A stretch of 64,000 bases of DNA from a virus (taxonomy: Duplodnaviria > Caudoviricetes). The translations under genes and the position numbers were made by a program. Numbering within the stretch: position 1 is the stretch's first letter; every line of letters starts with the position of its first letter. Positions 62,055-64,000 of the stretch are shown here, piece by piece. The stretch covers positions 16,503 through 80,502 of the IMG/VR virus record IMGVR_UViG_3300037483_000378; one strand, given 5' to 3'. Below the pieces are notes generated by a model. It saw only the letters and a list, made by a program, of their open reading frames with translations, searched no databases and was not told the DNA's origin.

Positions 62055-63458
62055 TCATCCCTCCGTTGTGGTGGTGGTTGGATCTTGCGCCACGCTGTCG
62101 AATCGCGTGTACGCCTTCTGGAAATACAGCGGCACCATGCCGGTCGGCCCGTTGCGCTGCTTCGCCAGGATAAGCTCCGTCTTCCCCTCCAGCTCCGCGC
62201 GTTTCGCAACCGCATCGTTGCGGCCCTTCGTACCGTCTCCGTCCTGCACGTACATCTCCGCCCGGTAGAGGAACATGACGAGGTCTGCATCCTGCTCGAT
62301 GCCGCCGGACTCGCGGAGGTCGCTCAGCGTGGGGCGCTTGTTCGTCCGCGTCTCCAGGCCGCGCGTGAGCTGAGAGAGCAGCACAATGGGGATGTCCAGC
62401 TTCATGGCCAGCCCCTTCAGACCGCGCGTTATCCCGTCGATCTCGTGCCGACGATTCTCCTCCCCGGCCCCGCGCATGAGTTGGAGGTAGTCCACGACCA
62501 CGAGTCGCGTCCCGACGCGCTGGTGGAGTCGTATGATCTTCGCCCTGACCTCAGACACGGTGCCGTCCGGATGGTCATCGATGTAGATGGGCGCAGTGTT
62601 GAGGTGCCCGGCCGCTACCGCGAGTCTCTGGTGATCGTCCTGCGATAGAATGCCGCGTCGTACCCGCTGCATGTCTACGCGCCCCTCCTGGCTCAGCAGC
62701 CTCATCGTGAGCGCCTTCTTCGCCATCTCCAACGACACGAGCGCGCTCGGGATGCCGTGCCCTATCGACGCGTTGCGAAGCACGTCGAGGCACCACGCAG
62801 TCTTCCCCACGCTAGGGCGCGCCGCCACCACCACCAGGTCACCGCCCTGGAACCCGCAAGTCATGCGGTCCAGGTCTGGAAAGCCCGACGGCACCCCCGT
62901 GAGTCCGCCCTTCGACTCCTGCAATAGCTCTATGTGCTCGAACGTCGCCCAGAGCGACTCCTTGAGCCACGTGAAGTCACCAGCCTGATAGCCTTCGAGC
63001 GCGGCGCCCACGCGGTCTATCGCAGCCGCCACAGCGCCCAAACCGCCCTCGCCGTTCTCGTACACGGTGCGAATCACGACGGTTGCAGACTCTACGACGC
63101 GCCGCATGACTGCCTTCTCGCTGATGATGCGAGCGTGGTACTCCACGTTCGCGGCCGTCGGCACGGCGTCCACGAGCGAGGATAGGTAATCGTACCCGCC
63201 GGCAGGCTCTAGCTCGCCCGTGCGCTTCAGCTGCTCGGAAATCGTCACGACGTCTAGAGCTTCCCCGCGTTCCCAGCAAGCTACGGAGGCGCGGAACAGC
63301 CGACGGTTCTGCTCGCGGTAGAAATCCATCTCGCGCACGATCGGTAGCACGCGTGGCACGGCATCCTTTGCGATGAGCAGCGCGCCAAGCACGGCAGTCT
63401 CGGCTTCGAGCGAGAACGGTGGCGTGCGATCGAACACCGCCTGGGCAAAATCAGTCAC
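62055..63458 (-). CDS. dnaB: replicative DNA helicase
   Basis: PPFSLEAE..VLGALL; AARPSVGKT; VVDYLQLM; LSQL.R; DLRESGGIEQDAD; KQRNGP. Confidence 0.97.
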   Translation of the reverse strand: MTDFAQAVFDRTPPFSLEAETAVLGALLIAKDAVPRVLPIVREMDFYREQNRRLFRASVACWERGEALDVVTISEQLKRTGELEPAGGYDYLSSLVDAVPTAANVEYHARIISEKAVMRRVVESATVVIRTVYENGEGGLGAVAAAIDRVGAALEGYQAGDFTWLKESLWATFEHIELLQESKGGLTGVPSGFPDLDRMTCGFQGGDLVVVAARPSVGKTAWCLDVLRNASIGHGIPSALVSLEMAKKALTMRLLSQEGRVDMQRVRRGILSQDDHQRLAVAAGHLNTAPIYIDDHPDGTVSEVRAKIIRLHQRVGTRLVVVDYLQLMRGAGEENRRHEIDGITRGLKGLAMKLDIPIVLLSQLTRGLETRTNKRPTLSDLRESGGIEQDADLVMFLYRAEMYVQDGDGTKGRNDAVAKRAELEGKTELILAKQRNGPTGMVPLYFQKAYTRFDSVAQDPTTTTTEG

Positions 63459-63999
63459 GCTCTGCCACCGTTCTAGCGACCGCTTCCTCCCACCGCCGCA
63501 CTTCATCATCATCCGCATCCGCGCAGCCACCGCTCCCGACCGGCATCCCGTCCGCGAACTCACGCCACGGCTCGTTCGGGCCCCAGAACGTCGCCGCCTG
63601 CCACACGTACACCGTGCCCTCCCGCTTCTCTGCGCGACAGAACCTCGCGTAATTCTCGGCCGCCTTGCGCAGCACGTCCGGGCTTACGCCAGCCACTACG
63701 TGCGCCCGGAACGCTCGGTACGCGCCCAGCTTTGGGTTGGGGCCACTGCGCAACGGGTACGCCTTCCATGCTACCTCGAACGCCAGCGGGTACGCACGAG
63801 TCCCGGCATCGTTCTGCGGTGCCTTTGCCGGCCATGCGCTCGTCTTGCCGTTGCCGTTGGCCGCGATCGCCTGGCCTCCAAACAGGTCCGTTTCAACCGT
63901 ATGTACTTCGTCAGAAGTACTAGGTTCTCCTAACGGATCAAGTCCGGCGGTAGGCCGCCGGGGGCCCCGGCGGATTCCGCCGGGGGGGGGGGCTATTTC
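63451..63999 (-). CDS. partial phage replication initiator (C-terminal domain)
   Basis: frame open to window edge; FEVAWKAYP.R.GPNPK..AY..F...ATFWG.N..W; directly upstream of dnaB. Confidence 0.75.
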   Translation of the reverse strand, partial: EIAPPPGGIRRGPRRPTAGLDPLGEPSTSDEVHTVETDLFGGQAIAANGNGKTSAWPAKAPQNDAGTRAYPLAFEVAWKAYPLRSGPNPKLGAYRAFRAHVVAGVSPDVLRKAAENYARFCRAEKREGTVYVWQAATFWGPNEPWREFADGMPVGSGGCADADDDEVRRWEEAVARTVAERD

Positions 64000-64000
64000 C

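Noticed and set aside
1-64000. Numerous long plus-strand ORFs (e.g. 17287-18552, 27176-28819, 33048-34616, 38128-39342)
   Set aside because: Antisense shadows of real minus-strand genes in high-GC DNA; Arg/Pro/Ala-rich, with no motifs or RBS
1-64000. Integrase, repressor switch, CRISPR array, rRNA
   Set aside because: No supporting motifs found; lifestyle cannot be determined from this window

Overview
This is a GC-rich, single-orientation fragment of a long-tailed dsDNA phage (siphovirus-type). Essentially every real gene is on the minus strand. In transcription order (64 kb to 0): partial replication initiator, DnaB, RusA and small early genes; an ACP-like / broken amidoligase / LMW-phosphatase / FAD-oxidase / P-loop-kinase cluster; a lytic transglycosylase; a Lar-containing mosaic protein; TerS and TerL; a ~7 kb glycosyl-/methyltransferase cassette between terL and portal, bracketed by copies of a 14-bp palindrome; portal, MuF, a FliA/WhiG-like sigma factor, protease/scaffold, decoration protein and major capsid; neck and tail genes with a -1 frameshifted chaperone, tape measure and a 2052-aa beta-helix tail protein; a lysis module (holin-like genes, M15 endolysin, spanin-like); accessory virion proteins; and a dense RNA array. 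The array holds 31 tRNA genes (none with encoded CCA), a tmRNA, an embedded HNH nuclease and several unexplained structured or tRNA-mimic RNAs. A perfect 20-bp inverted repeat encloses most of it. No integrase, CRISPR array or rRNA was seen. Products were assigned by eye from motifs and gene order, without database searches. RNA folds are manual, and several starts were adjusted from the ORF track using RBS and stop/start overlaps.
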